Shown: in pieces, positions 1 to 12,232 of the stretch | Layout of the letters: every line of letters begins with the position of its first letter | Numbering within the stretch: the first letter of the stretch is position 1 | Assembly: GCA_030390025.1 (NCBI GenBank) | Contig: CM059432.1 | Location: forward strand, 133,860,001 to 133,924,000 | DNA length: 64,000 bases | Source: Squalus acanthias | Taxonomy: Eukaryota | Reading direction: 5' to 3' | Translations under genes and position numbers: made by a program | The notes under the pieces: model-generated | What the model saw: only the letters and a program-made list of their open reading frames with translations | Told to the model about the DNA's origin: nothing | Databases searched by the model: none

Positions 1-212
1 CCAGGGCGATTTTACCTCCTGATTCACTTGCCTTCGCTTTCCCACTCAATAAGGTCTTTAACACAGGAGGATCTCGATAACAGGGATGAGAAATTAGCAC
101 CAGCTGTCTCACAGGGAGCCAGAGAGTGGGGAGTGGAAGAGGAGTCAGACGTTCCCCAACAGAGGCTGTGGAGATGGATTCCCTTGAGTGAGGGGTCAGC
201 AGACTCAGACCT

Positions 213-712
213 TAACAATAACAACTTGCATTTATATAGCGCATTTAATGTAGTAAAACGTCTAAACGTGCTTCACAGGAGCGTTATCAACACAATTCAA
301 CACCGAACCACATAGAAGATATTAGGACAGGTGACCTAAAGCTTGGTCAAAGAGGTAGGTTTTAAGGAGCATCTTAAAGGAGGAGAGAGAGGTAGAGAGG
401 CGGAGAGGTTTCGGCAGGGAATTCCAGAGCTTAGGGCCTAGGCAGCTGAAGACACAGCCGCCAATGATTGAGCGAAGACAATTGGGCAAGAGGCCAAAAT
501 TGGAGGCACACAGAGATCTCGGAGGGTTGTAGGGCTGGAGGAGGTTACAGAGATCGATAGGGTTGAGGCCATGGAGGGACTTGCAAACAAGGATGAGAAT
601 TTTTAAATTGAGGCATTGCCGGACCGAGAGACAATGTAGGCACAGGGGTGATAGGTGAACGGGACTTGGTGTGAGCTAGGATATGGGCAGCATTGGATGG
701 GTTTTGGATGGG
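213..712 (-). mobile_element. L2 (LINE2) 3' fragment
   Basis: Reverse complement shows LWNSLP / KTYLF-type C-terminal motifs and the AAATGCAAGTTGTT tail; similar to the L2 at 60787-61392. Confidence 0.8.
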
Positions 713-1641
713 TATTGCTACAAAAAGAAGATGTTCAGAGAATATCGCACCTACGTACAGACACTCAGATCCCTCTCCCATGATGTGCGGCAGATGACAT
801 GGGTCATGGTGGAGTCCAGTGCCCTCAAATGAGGCAACATCAGGAAAGCATTTTCCTCATTGCAGACATCAGTGCAGCATGTGTCAGCCTCATTGCAGCT
901 GTGACTGTTCTCCCTCCCCTCATAGAAGTGACCCAGGATAAGTCTCCTTCTCAGAAGCACAGAGGCCTTGAGGCCCTGGAGAATAGACAAGAGAACCCTA
1001 CATTTCAACTTTTCAGCACTTGGAGCTGGTTTGCAGGAGATAATGGGCTGGATTTTCATTGACCCGTGGAGGCAGGTTTGGAGGCGTGTGGGGGATTAAA
1101 AATGCGAAAACTGGTGGGCGGGCACAAGTCCGCCTCCACGCAATTTTCATTCAATCGTGTCTGCTGGTCCCGCCTCTTAGAGGCGGAATAGGCTGTTAAG
1201 GCCCTTAACAAGCACTAAATTGCCTCTATAATGCAATTTTGAAAGGCCTTTGTGATTCTAACCCTTTTTCTACGTGAAGCATGCCTGTTCTGAACCACGA
1301 ATGGCAGGCAGGCAGGCTATGGGGATGCATATGTGGATGGATGGATATATATGGATGGATGGAAAGGAGACATATCTGGCAGTGGTGGTGTAAAAATATC
1401 TGGGAGCAGAATTAGGACTGCTGCTGCTCATTTTGCATCCAGGTCCTCTCACAGCAAAGGCCAGGCAGTCTCTGAAGACCTTCAATGCAGCAGCAATGAT
1501 GACATCATCAGAGGTGACTTTCAGACTGAAAACACTAATTGGGTCATGGGTTCCCACATGCTGGAACTTAATTGCCCAATTAGGTGAAAATTGCATCAAT
1601 CTCCCACATCCAATTGCAGTCGGGTGGATAACACGAAAACT

Positions 1642-1872
1642 GGATTACTACCAGTGCCACGTGCTAGTAAGAGTACAGAGAACAGGATAGTTAGGCTAAA
1701 TACGTGGCTTGAGCAGTGGTGTAAGAGGGAGGGTTTTAAATTTTTGAGGCATTGGGACCAGTTTTGTGGTAGGTGTGACCTATACAAAAGGGACGGTCTA
1801 CACCTGTGCAAAGATGGAACTGAGGTTCTCGGGGTAAATTTTGATAAAGCAGTTCGGGAGCATTTAAACTAG
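1642..1872 (+). CDS. CR1 ORF1p C-terminal part (SGNH/GDSL esterase-like domain), 5'-truncated
   Basis: GLLPVPRA...LNTWLEQWCKREGFKF...DGLHL...EHLN*; the DGLHL block is typical of CR1 ORF1 esterases; homologous to 61598-61987 (-). Confidence 0.85.
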   Translation, partial: GLLPVPRASKSTENRIVRLNTWLEQWCKREGFKFLRHWDQFCGRCDLYKRDGLHLCKDGTEVLGVNFDKAVREHLN

Positions 1873-4814
1873 TATGGCAGGGGGCTAGAAACCCATGTAG
1901 TGAAATAGAGGAAAGTGAAAGGCAGACAGAAATAAATGGTAAAAAGGAGAGGAACAAAAAACAAAGGGCCAAACTAATTCATAAAAAATGTGAGCATAAA
2001 AAAAGCCTGAGGGTTTTATACCTTAATGCGAGAAGCATCAGGAACAAGGTAGATGAATTAGCTGTGGAAATAGAGGTTAATAATTATGATCTAATTGGGA
2101 TTACGGAAACATGGTTGCAGGGTGAGCAGGGCTGGGAGCTTAACATACAGGGGTATTCAGTATTTAGGAAGGATCGACAAAAAAGAAAGGGAGGAGGGGT
2201 AGCATTGCTGGTAAAAGAGGGGATAAATGCAATTGAAAGGAAGGATATTAACTCAGTTAATACAGAATCTATATGGGTGGAGCTAAGAAATAGCGAGGGG
2301 CGAAAAACATTAATAGGAGTGGTATATAGGCCTCCAAATAGTAAAATAGAGGTTGGGGAGGGCATCACGAGGGAAATTAGAGAAGCGTGCAATAAGAGCA
2401 CAGCTGTCATCATAGGTGACTTTAACTTACATATAGATTGGACTAGCCTAATCAGTAAAAATAATGAGGAGGAGGAATTCCTTGAGTGTTTAAGGGATGG
2501 TTATCTGGATCAATATGTCGAGGAACCAACTCGGGAACAGGCTATATTGGACTGGGTACTGTGCAATGAGAAGGGACTAATTAGTAATCTTGTTGTACGG
2601 GGACCCTTGGGTCAGAGCGATCATAACATGATCGATTTCTCACTCGAAATGGAGAGCGAAGAAATTGACTCAGAGACTCAGGTCCTGAATTTAAACAAGG
2701 GGAATTATGATGCCATTAGACGGGAACTGAGTAGGTCTGATTGGACAACGTTCCTGGGAGGACTGGAGGTAGATAAACAATGGCAAGCATTTAAAGATAG
2801 AATGACAAAATTGCAAAAATTGTTTATACCAATCTGGCATAAAAGGAAATCTAAAAAGGTGACTCAACCGTGGATAACAGGGGAAATTAGAGACAGCATA
2901 AAATCCAAAGATAGGGCGTATAAAATAGCCAAAAAACGCGCCAGAGCGGAAGATTGGGAACAGTTTAAGATAGAGCAAAGGAGGGCAAAGGGCTTAATCA
3001 AGAAGGGCAAAATAGCTTACGAAAGCAAGCTGGCGGAAAATATAAAAACTAACTCCAAAAGCTTTTATAAGTATATCAAGAGGAAAAGACTGGTGAAAAC
3101 CAAAGTTGGTCCATTGCAGTCAGATACGGGGGAATATATAATGGGAAATAAGGAAATGGCAGACCAACTAAATGCATACTTTGGGTCAGTCTTTACGAAG
3201 GAAGACACAAAAAACCTCCCTGGGATATCGGGAAAAATAGGGACATTGGCAAAGGAGGAACTGACGCAAATCAATATCTCTAAGGATATGGTGTTAAGGA
3301 AGCTAAAGGGATTGAAGGCGGACAAATCCCCAGGGCCTGATAACATGCATCCTAGGGTACTGAAGGAGGTGGCCCTAGAGATAGCGGATGCACTAAGCAT
3401 GATTTTTCAGAATTCATTAGACTCGGGAACAGTGCCCATGGATTGGAGGGTAGCTAACGTTACCCCACTATTCAAAAAGGGGGGTAGGGAAAAAGCAGGT
3501 AATTACAGACCTGTAAGCCTTACATCAGTTGTGGGCAAAATGCTGGAGTCCATCATTAAGGATGAAATAGCCGAGCACTTAGCAAATGGGGACAGGATAG
3601 GACAGAGTCAACATGGATTTACAAAGGGTAAATCGTGCTTGACTAATCTATTGGAATTTTTTGAGGGAGTAACTGGTAAAATAGATGGGGGAGAGCCAGT
3701 AGATGTGGTGTACCTGGACTTCCAAAAGGCCTTCGATAAGGTCCCACATAAAAGATTAGCATGGAAAATTGAAGCTCATGGGATAAAGGGGAAAGTATTG
3801 ACGTGGATAGAGAACTGGCTGTCAGATAGAAAACAGAGAGTTGGAATAAACGGCTCATTTTCTGAATGGCAGGCAGTAACAAGTGGGGTACCACAGGGAT
3901 CTGTCCTGGGTCCCCAGCTGTTCACAATTTATATTAATGACCTGGATCAGGGAGTCGAATGCAGCATTTCCAAATTTGCAGACGACACTAAACTAGGAGG
4001 GGGGGTGGGCTCAGAGGAGGAGACCAGGAAGCTCCAGAGCGATTTGGACAGACTGGGTGATTGGGCGGATAAATGGCAGATGCACTATAATGTGGACAAG
4101 TGCGAAGTTATCCACCTTGGGTGCAGGAACGGGAGGGCAAATTATTATTTAAATGGCAATAAATTGGGAGAGGGGGAAGTACAGAGAGACCTGGGTGTTC
4201 TTGTACACCAGTCACTGAAGGCGAGCATGCAGGTGCAACAGGCGGTCAAGAAGGCAAACGGTATGCTGGCCTTCATAGCAAAAGGGTTGGAATACAGGAA
4301 CAGGGATACCTTGCTGCAGCTGTACAGGGCACTGGTGAGACCACACCTCGAGTACTGTGTACAGTTTTGGTCGCCTCATCTGAGGAAAGATGTTCTTGCC
4401 ATGGAGGGGGTGCAGCGGCGATTCACCAGGCTGATACCAGGAATGGCGGGATTGACCTATGAGGAGAGACTATGTAGTTTAGGGATGTACACACTGGAGT
4501 TTAGAAGATTGAGAGGGGACCTCATAGAAGTGTATAAAATTCTGACAGGTCTAGACAGATTAGATGCAGAAGGAATGTTTCCCTTGGCGGGTGAGAACAG
4601 AACTAGAGGACATAATTTAAGGATAAGGGCTAAACCATTTAGGACAGAAATGAGGGGGAATTTCTTCACTCAGAGAGTGGTGAACCTGTGGAACTCATTG
4701 CCACAGAGGGCAGTGTACGCCAGCTCATTAAATATATTTAAGAGGGAATTAGATATATTTCTACAGGCAAAAGGGGTTAAGGGTTACGGAGAGAAGGCGG
4801 GGACGGGATACTGA
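1863..4814 (+). CDS. CR1 ORF2p: AP endonuclease + reverse transcriptase (uninterrupted)
   Basis: Frame is open from 1848 to the stop at 4814 (track start is GTG 2064). Motifs: YLNARSI, ITETWL, VYRPP, GDFN, SDH (APE); NYRPVSLTS, LDFQKAFDKV, GVPQGSVLGP, FADD (RT). Confidence 0.97.
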   Translation, partial: FKLVWQGARNPCSEIEESERQTEINGKKERNKKQRAKLIHKKCEHKKSLRVLYLNARSIRNKVDELAVEIEVNNYDLIGITETWLQGEQGWELNIQGYSVFRKDRQKRKGGGVALLVKEGINAIERKDINSVNTESIWVELRNSEGRKTLIGVVYRPPNSKIEVGEGITREIREACNKSTAVIIGDFNLHIDWTSLISKNNEEEEFLECLRDGYLDQYVEEPTREQAILDWVLCNEKGLISNLVVRGPLGQSDHNMIDFSLEMESEEIDSETQVLNLNKGNYDAIRRELSRSDWTTFLGGLEVDKQWQAFKDRMTKLQKLFIPIWHKRKSKKVTQPWITGEIRDSIKSKDRAYKIAKKRARAEDWEQFKIEQRRAKGLIKKGKIAYESKLAENIKTNSKSFYKYIKRKRLVKTKVGPLQSDTGEYIMGNKEMADQLNAYFGSVFTKEDTKNLPGISGKIGTLAKEELTQINISKDMVLRKLKGLKADKSPGPDNMHPRVLKEVALEIADALSMIFQNSLDSGTVPMDWRVANVTPLFKKGGREKAGNYRPVSLTSVVGKMLESIIKDEIAEHLANGDRIGQSQHGFTKGKSCLTNLLEFFEGVTGKIDGGEPVDVVYLDFQKAFDKVPHKRLAWKIEAHGIKGKVLTWIENWLSDRKQRVGINGSFSEWQAVTSGVPQGSVLGPQLFTIYINDLDQGVECSISKFADDTKLGGGVGSEEETRKLQSDLDRLGDWADKWQMHYNVDKCEVIHLGCRNGRANYYLNGNKLGEGEVQRDLGVLVHQSLKASMQVQQAVKKANGMLAFIAKGLEYRNRDTLLQLYRALVRPHLEYCVQFWSPHLRKDVLAMEGVQRRFTRLIPGMAGLTYEERLCSLGMYTLEFRRLRGDLIEVYKILTGLDRLDAEGMFPLAGENRTRGHNLRIRAKPFRTEMRGNFFTQRVVNLWNSLPQRAVYASSLNIFKRELDIFLQAKGVKGYGEKAGTGY

Positions 4815-5039
4815 ATTGAAGGATCAGCCATGATCTCATTAAATGGCGGAGCAGGCTCGAAGGGCCGGATGGCCTACTCCTGCTCCTATCTTCTATGTAT
4901 CTATGTATGTATGACCCCAACCCGCCCCAGTATCAAAATCCAGCCCATGTCTCTGAGCTTTCTGGGCCTGGTGGGAACTATTTGATCTGCCCTTCCACTG
5001 ATTCGTGGCTATTCTGAAGCTTGTATCAGTACCTGTGGG

Positions 5040-5345
5040 AGGAGTCGACCAACATAATGTAGCTGTCTCCCAGGTTCAATGCCCAGTCTGCGCTCAGTTA
5101 AGTCATCTTAATCCAAGTGAATCCATTGAACTGGGGAGAGGGGGATAATCAACTTAAGGTTCCTGCTCCTGACCAATGAACCCTCTGTTGCAAAGTCTGC
5201 ATGTAGATGTCAAACGAGGACAGGATTGGGCTTGACTGTGATTCCTCCCATAGTGAGTAGCCTGCTAACTCTCACTGACATTACACATGGAATATAGCCT
5301 CACCTGAGGAGAGGAGGAACAAGCGGAAGAATTTGGAGGAAAAAA
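5040..5345 (+). mobile_element. Old degenerate SINE-like repeat
   Basis: B-box-like CCAGGTTCAATGCCC; colinear similarity to the pieces at 11430-11505 and 12243-12665. Confidence 0.5.
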
Positions 5346-5402
5346 TACTTACCTTAACTATTTAACATATGAAACTAATAAAAGTATGACGAAAACACTT
5401 TT

Positions 5403-5955
5403 TACATAGAATTACATAGAATTTACAGCACAGAAACAGGCCATTTGGCCCAACCAGCCTATGCCGGCATTTATGCTCCACTCGAGCCTTCTCCCATCCT
5501 TCCTCATCTAACTCTATCAGCATAACCCTCTATTCCCTTCTCCCTCATATGCTTATCTAGCCTCCCCTTAAATGCACCTTCACTATTTGCCTCAACCACT
5601 CCCTGTGGTAGCAAGTTCCACATTCTCACCACTCTCTGGGTAAAGAAGTTTCTTCTGAATTCCCTATTTGATTTCTTGGTGACTATCTTATATTAATGGC
5701 CTTTAGTTTTATTCTTCCCCACAAGTGGAAACATTCTCTCTGTATCCACTCTATCAAAACCTTTCATAATTTTAAAGACCTCTATTAGGTCACTCCTCAG
5801 TCTTCTTTTTTCGAGAGAAAAGAAACCCAGCCTGTTCATCCTTTCCCGATAGGTACAACCTCACAATTCTGGTATCATCCTTGTAAACCTTTTTTTTCAC
5901 CCTCTCCAGTGCCTCTATATCCTTTTTATAATATGGCGACCAAGAACTGCACACA
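5403..5955 (-). mobile_element. CR1 3' fragment
   Basis: ACATAGAATT tail repeats and CR1 ORF2 C-terminus in reverse; GAAAACACTTTT on both flanks (5391, 5966) as a likely TSD. Confidence 0.9.
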
Positions 5956-6786
5956 TATTGGTTATGAAAACACTTTTATATATATTACTGTCTTACTTAC
6001 AGTATATCTACCAGATGGTCACATTTGCATACCTCAAAACAGCAAAACTACAAGTATTCTTTTATTATTAATGTTAATTTGAATTTATTGAGACAGTTTT
6101 TCACAGCAGTTTTCAGTAAACTGTGTTTACAATGAATGATTTGATGGAAAAAGACCTTTGTGTTCATATTACCTATTATATAATACAAAGCTGCTCCAGC
6201 AAGCCTACAAATACCCTAGTAAATAATTTATTACACAACTTGACAATATTTACAATATTCTCATGAATTATTCAAATAGATTACTTACAACATGTTGGAT
6301 GCCATAAAGACCCAAAGCAGAATGCAGCATTTTTTAACAAGATAGCAACAAGGTTTTTTTTATAAAGGCAAGACTTACTGAAGTAAAACGTGAGACCTGT
6401 TAAACTTAGAATAATTCCCAGGGCTCTGCTGACAATTGGAATTTTATCATCAATGTTCTTTTGGTTACAGCAACAAAATCCTCGTAGCAAAATGCTATCA
6501 AATGATGGGCTACTAAATAGAAAAGATGGTGTTACATAACTGCAATACTTATAAAGGTAAAATATTAGTGCGTATATGTATGTGTGTGTGGGTGTATGGG
6601 TAGGAGCTGTACCAATTACTTAAAGCTTTATTTTAAATTGCTTTAAAAGCTGAGTCCAATGCTTCGTTTTCAATTGTACAGCACTAATGAAAATTGAATT
6701 TAAAAAGACCAATCTTTCTGATTTTCAGCGGATAATTTGAAACCATAACCCAAACACTATTTACTGCCTAAGAGTAACAGCTTAAA

Positions 6787-8050
6787 CTTGCACTTATATA
6801 ATGCCTTCAGCATAGCAAAACACCCAATGGAACTTTACACCAAGGGGAGAGGGAGGCAAGGAGGGGAGGGGAAGGGAGGAAAGGAGAGGAGAAGGAAGAG
6901 GGGAGGGAGGAGAGGGGAGGAGGGATAGGTTTTAAGGAATGATTTCAAAGATGAAGACAGAAGTGCAAAGAGGAAGACCAGAGTTGGAGATTCTGCTGAA
7001 GAAGATTGCAGAAATATGCTGGGGAAAACCATGGAGGGATTGTAAATGATGAGGATTTTAAAATCACTACAATGGCTGATAGGCAGCCAGCGTGGATCGA
7101 AAAGGGCAGGAGTGACAGGGAAGCAGGACTTAGTACAAGATACGATGTGGACAGTGGAATTTTGGACAAGCTGAAGTTTGTGTAGGGTGGAACTCAAGGA
7201 TGAATAGGAGAGTATTGGAGAATGATGAAGGCATGGATTAAAGTATGGGTAGGGATGAAAATGGGTGATATTATGAAAGTGGTCCTGGTGACAAACTACA
7301 TACAGGGTTTGAAGCTCAGCTAAGAGTCAAACAGGACACCGAGGTGTCACACCACCAGTTTCAGCATCTGGGACGAGAAATAAAATCGGGGCTAAAATGT
7401 GAAGTTTCTGGTGGGATGGTATTGCTCTTGCCAATATTAAACATGAGAAAGTTTGGGCATATCCATGATTTGATATCAGATGAGCAGTCAGACAGCACAG
7501 GAATAGTTGTGGAGTTAAGGGTAATGGTGGTGAGGTACAGTTGGTTGTTATCAACATAGATATGGAAGCTGACCTCATGTTCAAGGATAATGTTGACGAG
7601 GGCTTACAACGTACATGGGATGTAATAGGTGACTATGAATAGAGCCTTGGGGCATGCCAGAGGTAATTAGGCAGGGGCTTCAGGACAAGCCATTGCAGGA
7701 CATGTGCTGGCTACATTGGGACAGGTAGAAATGGAACCATGAAAGAGAGGTGCCAAGAAGGAGAATGATGGAAGGAGTGGAGCAGTATGATGTGATCAAC
7801 TGTATCAAAGACTGTGGAGAGACGAGTAAAAAAAAAGGAGGTATAATGCTTCATAATAGGCATCACAAAGGATGTCACTGGAGACTTTGACCAAAACAGT
7901 CTGATTGTTGGAGACGGGGACGTAACCAGACTGAACAGGATTTGAACCGGGAATGGTGGGAGAGAGGTCCACAGAGTTTGGTGGCAAGAATACCAGACAA
8001 TGGAAGGATTGAAGATGGACTTTTTAAGAAGGTGAGTAGTGACAGCAGTT
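6787..8050 (-). mobile_element. Degraded L2 fragment
   Basis: Minus-strand ORF remnants LHKLQLVQN, WLPI..FKIL, KSFLKTY; L2 tail near 6790. Confidence 0.75.
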
Positions 8051-8844
8051 TAAAACAAACTGTACAAAATTGCAATAAATACAGACAGCAAGAAAAAAAA
8101 ATACTAAATGGCATCTCCAAATAAAATATTGCATTTTTTAGAAGATGCACAGACACCTTCAAATTTCCATGGCTACAAAGATTTCCTAATAAAATAATGT
8201 CACACTAGGTGCTGGTGATTGTCCTGCATCTGCAGAGTGCCTTTTGTAATATTCAGATTGGCACTTATTTTATTAGGAGGCAGAGAATGCCTCTATTAAA
8301 AGGCATGGTGCTTGATTCAAAATAATCTCATCAGGGTTTTGTAGTTTAGATTACTGCACTTACAATACATACAGCATCATTGCACTTGAAGGAAGCTTAG
8401 GCCTGTCAAAATGGTTAAAAATACTCAGGTGATTGACATACAATAACAATAGTTTCACCATGTTATGAATTGATTGAATGCATGTCCCAATGTCTATCAA
8501 CCAATCCAAAAGCAGTTTTGCATCCTTCTGGAATCACTATGGGATTTAATTTCCTCTGGTAGTGCGCTGGTTAATGTGTTTTTATAAAATTCTCTTGTGT
8601 GCTATTTGAACAAAATTGTTAACCCATTGATTTTTGATGAGTCAACAACTGTGCTAAAATTAGCACTCAAAGGAATTTTAAAGCAATATGTTATTCAATG
8701 CACTATTAAAGGCAGATAAACTTCTATAATATATCTATTCTGTGAAACTAGCATCACAAGATCAGACAGGCCATTATCTAAAATCTGTTCAGTCTTTAAA
8801 TATTTACTAGTAAGTGTCCTGTGGCATTGCTTACAGTAAATTGA

Positions 8845-10015
8845 GTGGCTACCCTTGACCTCAAGGCAGCATTTGACCGAGTGTGGCATCAAGGAGCCCT
8901 AGTAAAACTGAAGTCAATGGGAATCGGGGGGAAATTTCTCCACTGGCTGGAGTCATACCTAGCACAAAGGAAGATGGTTGTACTGGTTAGAGGTCAATCA
9001 TCACAGCCCCAGGACATCGCTGCAGGAGTTCCTCAGGGCAGAGTCCTAGGCCCAACCATCTTCAGCTGCTTCATCAATGACCTTCCCTCCATCATAAGGT
9101 CAGAAGTGGGGATGTTTACTGATGATTGTACAATGTTCAGTTCCATTCATAGCTCCTTCGATAATGAAGCAGTCTGTGCTCACATGCAGCAAGACCTGGA
9201 CGACTTTCAGGCTTGGGCTGATAAGTGGCAGGTAACATTCGTGCCACACAAGTGCCAGGCAATGACTATCTCCAACAAGAGAGAATCTAACCACCGCCCC
9301 TTGACATTCAACGGCATTACCATCGCCGAATCCCCTACCATCAACATCCTGGGGGTCACCATTGACCAGAAACTTAACTGGACCAGCCACGTAAATACTG
9401 TGGCAATAAGAGCAGGTCAGAGGCTAGGTATTCTGCAGTGAGTATCTCACCTCCTGACTCTCCAAAGCCTTTCCACCATCTACAAGGCACAAGTCAGGAG
9501 TGTGATGAAATACTCTCCACTTGCCTGGATGAGCGCAGCTCCAACAACACTCAAGAAGCTCGATATTATCCAGGACAAAGCAGCCTGCTTGATTGGCACC
9601 CCATCCACCACCTTAAACATTCACTCCCTCCACCACCAGCACACCGTGACTGCAGTGAGTACCATCTACAAGATGCACTGCAGCAACTTGCCAAGGTTTC
9701 TTCGACAGCACCTCCCAAACCTGAAACCTCTACTACCTAGAAGGACAAGGGCTGAAGACACATGGGAACACCATCACCTCCAAGTTCCCCTTCAAGTCAC
9801 ACCAGCCTGACTTGGAAATATATTGGCCATTCCTTCATCGTCGCTGGGTCAAAATCCTGGAACTCCCTACCTAATAGCACTCTGGGAGTATCTTCACTCC
9901 GCGGACTGCAGCGGTTCAAGAAGGCGGCTCACCATTCCTTCCTCAAAGGCAATTAGGTATAGGCAATAAATGCTGGCCTTGCCAGTGACGCCCACATCCC
10001 ATGAACGAATAAAAG
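8845..10015 (+). mobile_element. CR1/Jockey-group LINE (second family, A-rich tail), 5'-truncated RT region
   Basis: LDLKAAFDRVWH, GVPQGRVLGP, FTDD motifs; stops and frameshifts after 9441; ends AATAAATGCTGGCC...GAATAAAAG; same family as 41961-43333. Confidence 0.9.
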
Positions 10016-10282
10016 AAAAGTAAATTGAATGAAATACAGTTTATAATGACAGGAGCATTTTACCATGTAACGCAAATGTATTATTCTGCTGCTGAGGTGG
10101 TTCTGTGTTTAAGTTAACCTGTCCCTTTAAGGTCAACAAGTTGAATTTCTATCAGTGAACATACTTTGAGGTGTGGAAACATCATATACATTTTACGTAA
10201 ATTGGGACAACCCATCGATTGATTATTGCAGCAATTGGATTCACATGGAAAGTAATCTCTTTGGACCTAAGGTTTTAGTAAA

Positions 10283-10630
10283 AGAAAAAGAAAGAAAGAC
10301 TTGTATTAACATAGCGCCTTTCATGATCTCAGGACGTCCCAAAGTGCTTTACAGCCAATGAAGTATTTTTTGAAGTGTAGTCACTGTTGTAATGTAGGAA
10401 ACGCAGCAACCAATTTGTGCACAGCAAGCTCCCACAGACAGCAATGTGATAATGACCAGATAATCTGTTTTTTAGTGATGTTGATTGAGGGATAAATATT
10501 GGCCAGGACACCGGCGATAGCTCCCCTGCTCTTCTTCAAAATAGTGCCATGGGATCTTGTATGTCCACCTGAGAGGGCAGACGTGGCCTCGGTTTAACGT
10601 CGCATCCGAAAGACGGCACTTCTGACAGTA
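10283..10630 (-). mobile_element. SacSINE1-like (Deu-domain) SINE, 5'-truncated
   Basis: Reverse complement of 39491-39957; Deu-type core GCCGTCTTTCGGATG...GATCCCATGGCACTA and L2-type tail. Confidence 0.85.
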
Positions 10631-11504
10631 GAAAACAATTAGATGATTCCAGGCACTATTTGATTCCATTAAGCACAAGGCCAATTTAAAATAATTTACA
10701 AAAATGAAACAAATAACTGTTAAATACACAAACCTAAAAATGTATCCTTCTGCGTACCTCAGAATTAACAGGTTTACTCAGTAAAAGTGGTTCCCATACA
10801 CGGCCACATCATTTTTTCAGCTCATCGGAGGTATCTATTGCCTCATAAACTTATTCACTCGGATGTATATCACTTAATTAACCAGAGTACTCACGAGTAT
10901 GTATTTCAATTAATTATATTTCTCTTTCAAATGGATGAAGAGCAGACCTCATCTGGCACAATATTTTGGTGACATACCTGTCTGTTGAACTTTTCCCGGA
11001 GAAATTCTTGCTAAAGCAGTCCCCTAATGTTGGCGACCAGTCCCACTGCTGTACAAGCCTCCTTGGTTATATTGCAGCGTGGTACCTACAACAGTGAGTT
11101 CGATTTTCAAACAGCTGCTGATGGCCGATTTTGCTTACGAGAAGTTGTTTTAAAGTCGCTATTTGCAACTATTTTGTTCTTTGTTGCTGACTTTTCCAAT
11201 GATTGAGGAAGGCCCTTACAACAAGTAGAAAAATTGCTTTGGTGCATGTATGGATGTGGTTAGGAAGGCTTCAGCTGCTCAAGCCAGCTTTCTCTACCTC
11301 GGTTAGGAGGATTTATAGTGGCAGTTGAGGCAATGAAAGTGAATTGAAAGCCTCCTACTTTGGTGTTGTGCTTTGACAACAACAACACCTTCACTGCAGG
11401 GGCTCCCCAACGTGCAAAGAGTTTATCCGGCGAATAGCTGAGCCGATAGCGACCTGGAAGGTTCAAGGTTCAATTCCCGATCTACATCGAGATAGCTGAT
11501 CTTT

Positions 11505-11830
11505 GCTGAATTCCTTCAAGTGGGAGCTGGACCTGTTTCTGGCTGGGGCAGAGATCACCTCGTGCAAAAGGTAGCTACCGCACAGCATTATCATACCAGA
11601 CTGATATCCTGGACCACTTTCAATTGCCTAAGGGGCTCAGAGAGGAATTTCCCAGATTTCTTTTTCCCAAATTGGCATTTTTGTTTACTGGTTTTTCACC
11701 TCTCCCAGGAGATCACATGGTTTCGGCTGGGTGGGGAGTGTCTGTATCGTGATGCACAAGGCATCACAGTTGTGTGGGACAGGCTGGATGGACCAGAGGC
11801 TCTTTTCCTGTCTGTCATTGTTCGTATGTA
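11505..11830 (+). mobile_element. CR1-type 3'UTR fragment
   Basis: Ends GACAGGCTGGATGGACC...TCTTTTCCTGTCTGTCATTGTTCGTATGTA, a CR1-like terminal hairpin and tail. Confidence 0.6.
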
Positions 11831-11843
11831 TCTCAGTCAGGGT

Positions 11844-12232
11844 CTTCTTCTTCTTAGGCAGTCCCTCGGAACCGAGGATGACTTGCTTCCACACTAAAAA
11901 TGAGTTCTCAGGTGACTTGATGAGTCCAATGCGAGACCTACAGTCTCTGTCACAGGTGGGGCAGACGGTGGTTGAAGGGGCGGGTGGGTGGGGTGCTTGG
12001 GTTGACGTGCGCTCCTTCCGCTGTTTGCGCTTGGCTTCCGCTGGCTCCCGGCGAAGAGACTCGAGGTGTTCGGCACCTTCCTGGATGCTTCTCCTCCACT
12101 TTGTGCGGTCTTGGGCCAGGAATTCCCAGGTGTCGGTGGGGATGTTGCACTTTTTCAAGTGAGGGTGTCCTTGAAGCGTTTCCTCTGCCCACCTGGGGCT
12201 CTCTTGCCGTGTCGGAGCTCCGAGTAGAGCGC
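11844..12232 (-). mobile_element. RTE-clade LINE 3' end
   Basis: TWEFLAQDRTKWRRSI...CPTCDRDCRSRIGL..SHLRTH C-terminus, (GAA)n tail, exact 10-bp TSD CAGTCAGGGT (11834-11843, 12233-12242). Confidence 0.92.

Larger units (their letters stand above)
1641..4913 (+). mobile_element. CR1 LINE, 5'-truncated within ORF1, ORF2 intact
   Basis: ORF1 C-terminus, complete ORF2, 3'UTR hairpin (GATCAGCCATGATC...GGCGGAGCAGGCTCG) and TTCTATGTATCTATGTATGTATG tail. Confidence 0.97.
1045..4946. mobile_element. PIF/Harbinger-type non-autonomous element (family A), interrupted by a CR1 near its right end
   Basis: TIRs GGGCTGGATTTT (1045) and AAAATCCAGCCC (ends 4946); 1045-1640 plus 4912-4946 is colinear with the uninterrupted copy at 56692-57455. 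Confidence 0.8.

Noticed and set aside
751..1062. Overlapping 102-aa and 87-aa ORFs
   Set aside because: No recognisable domain; they run into a MITE terminus and are probably chance or a decayed transposon remnant.
10978..11085. Minus-strand exon-like segment (TGTAG/ ... CAG/GTATGT)
   Set aside because: Stop codons in all three frames; at most a non-coding exon, with no support.
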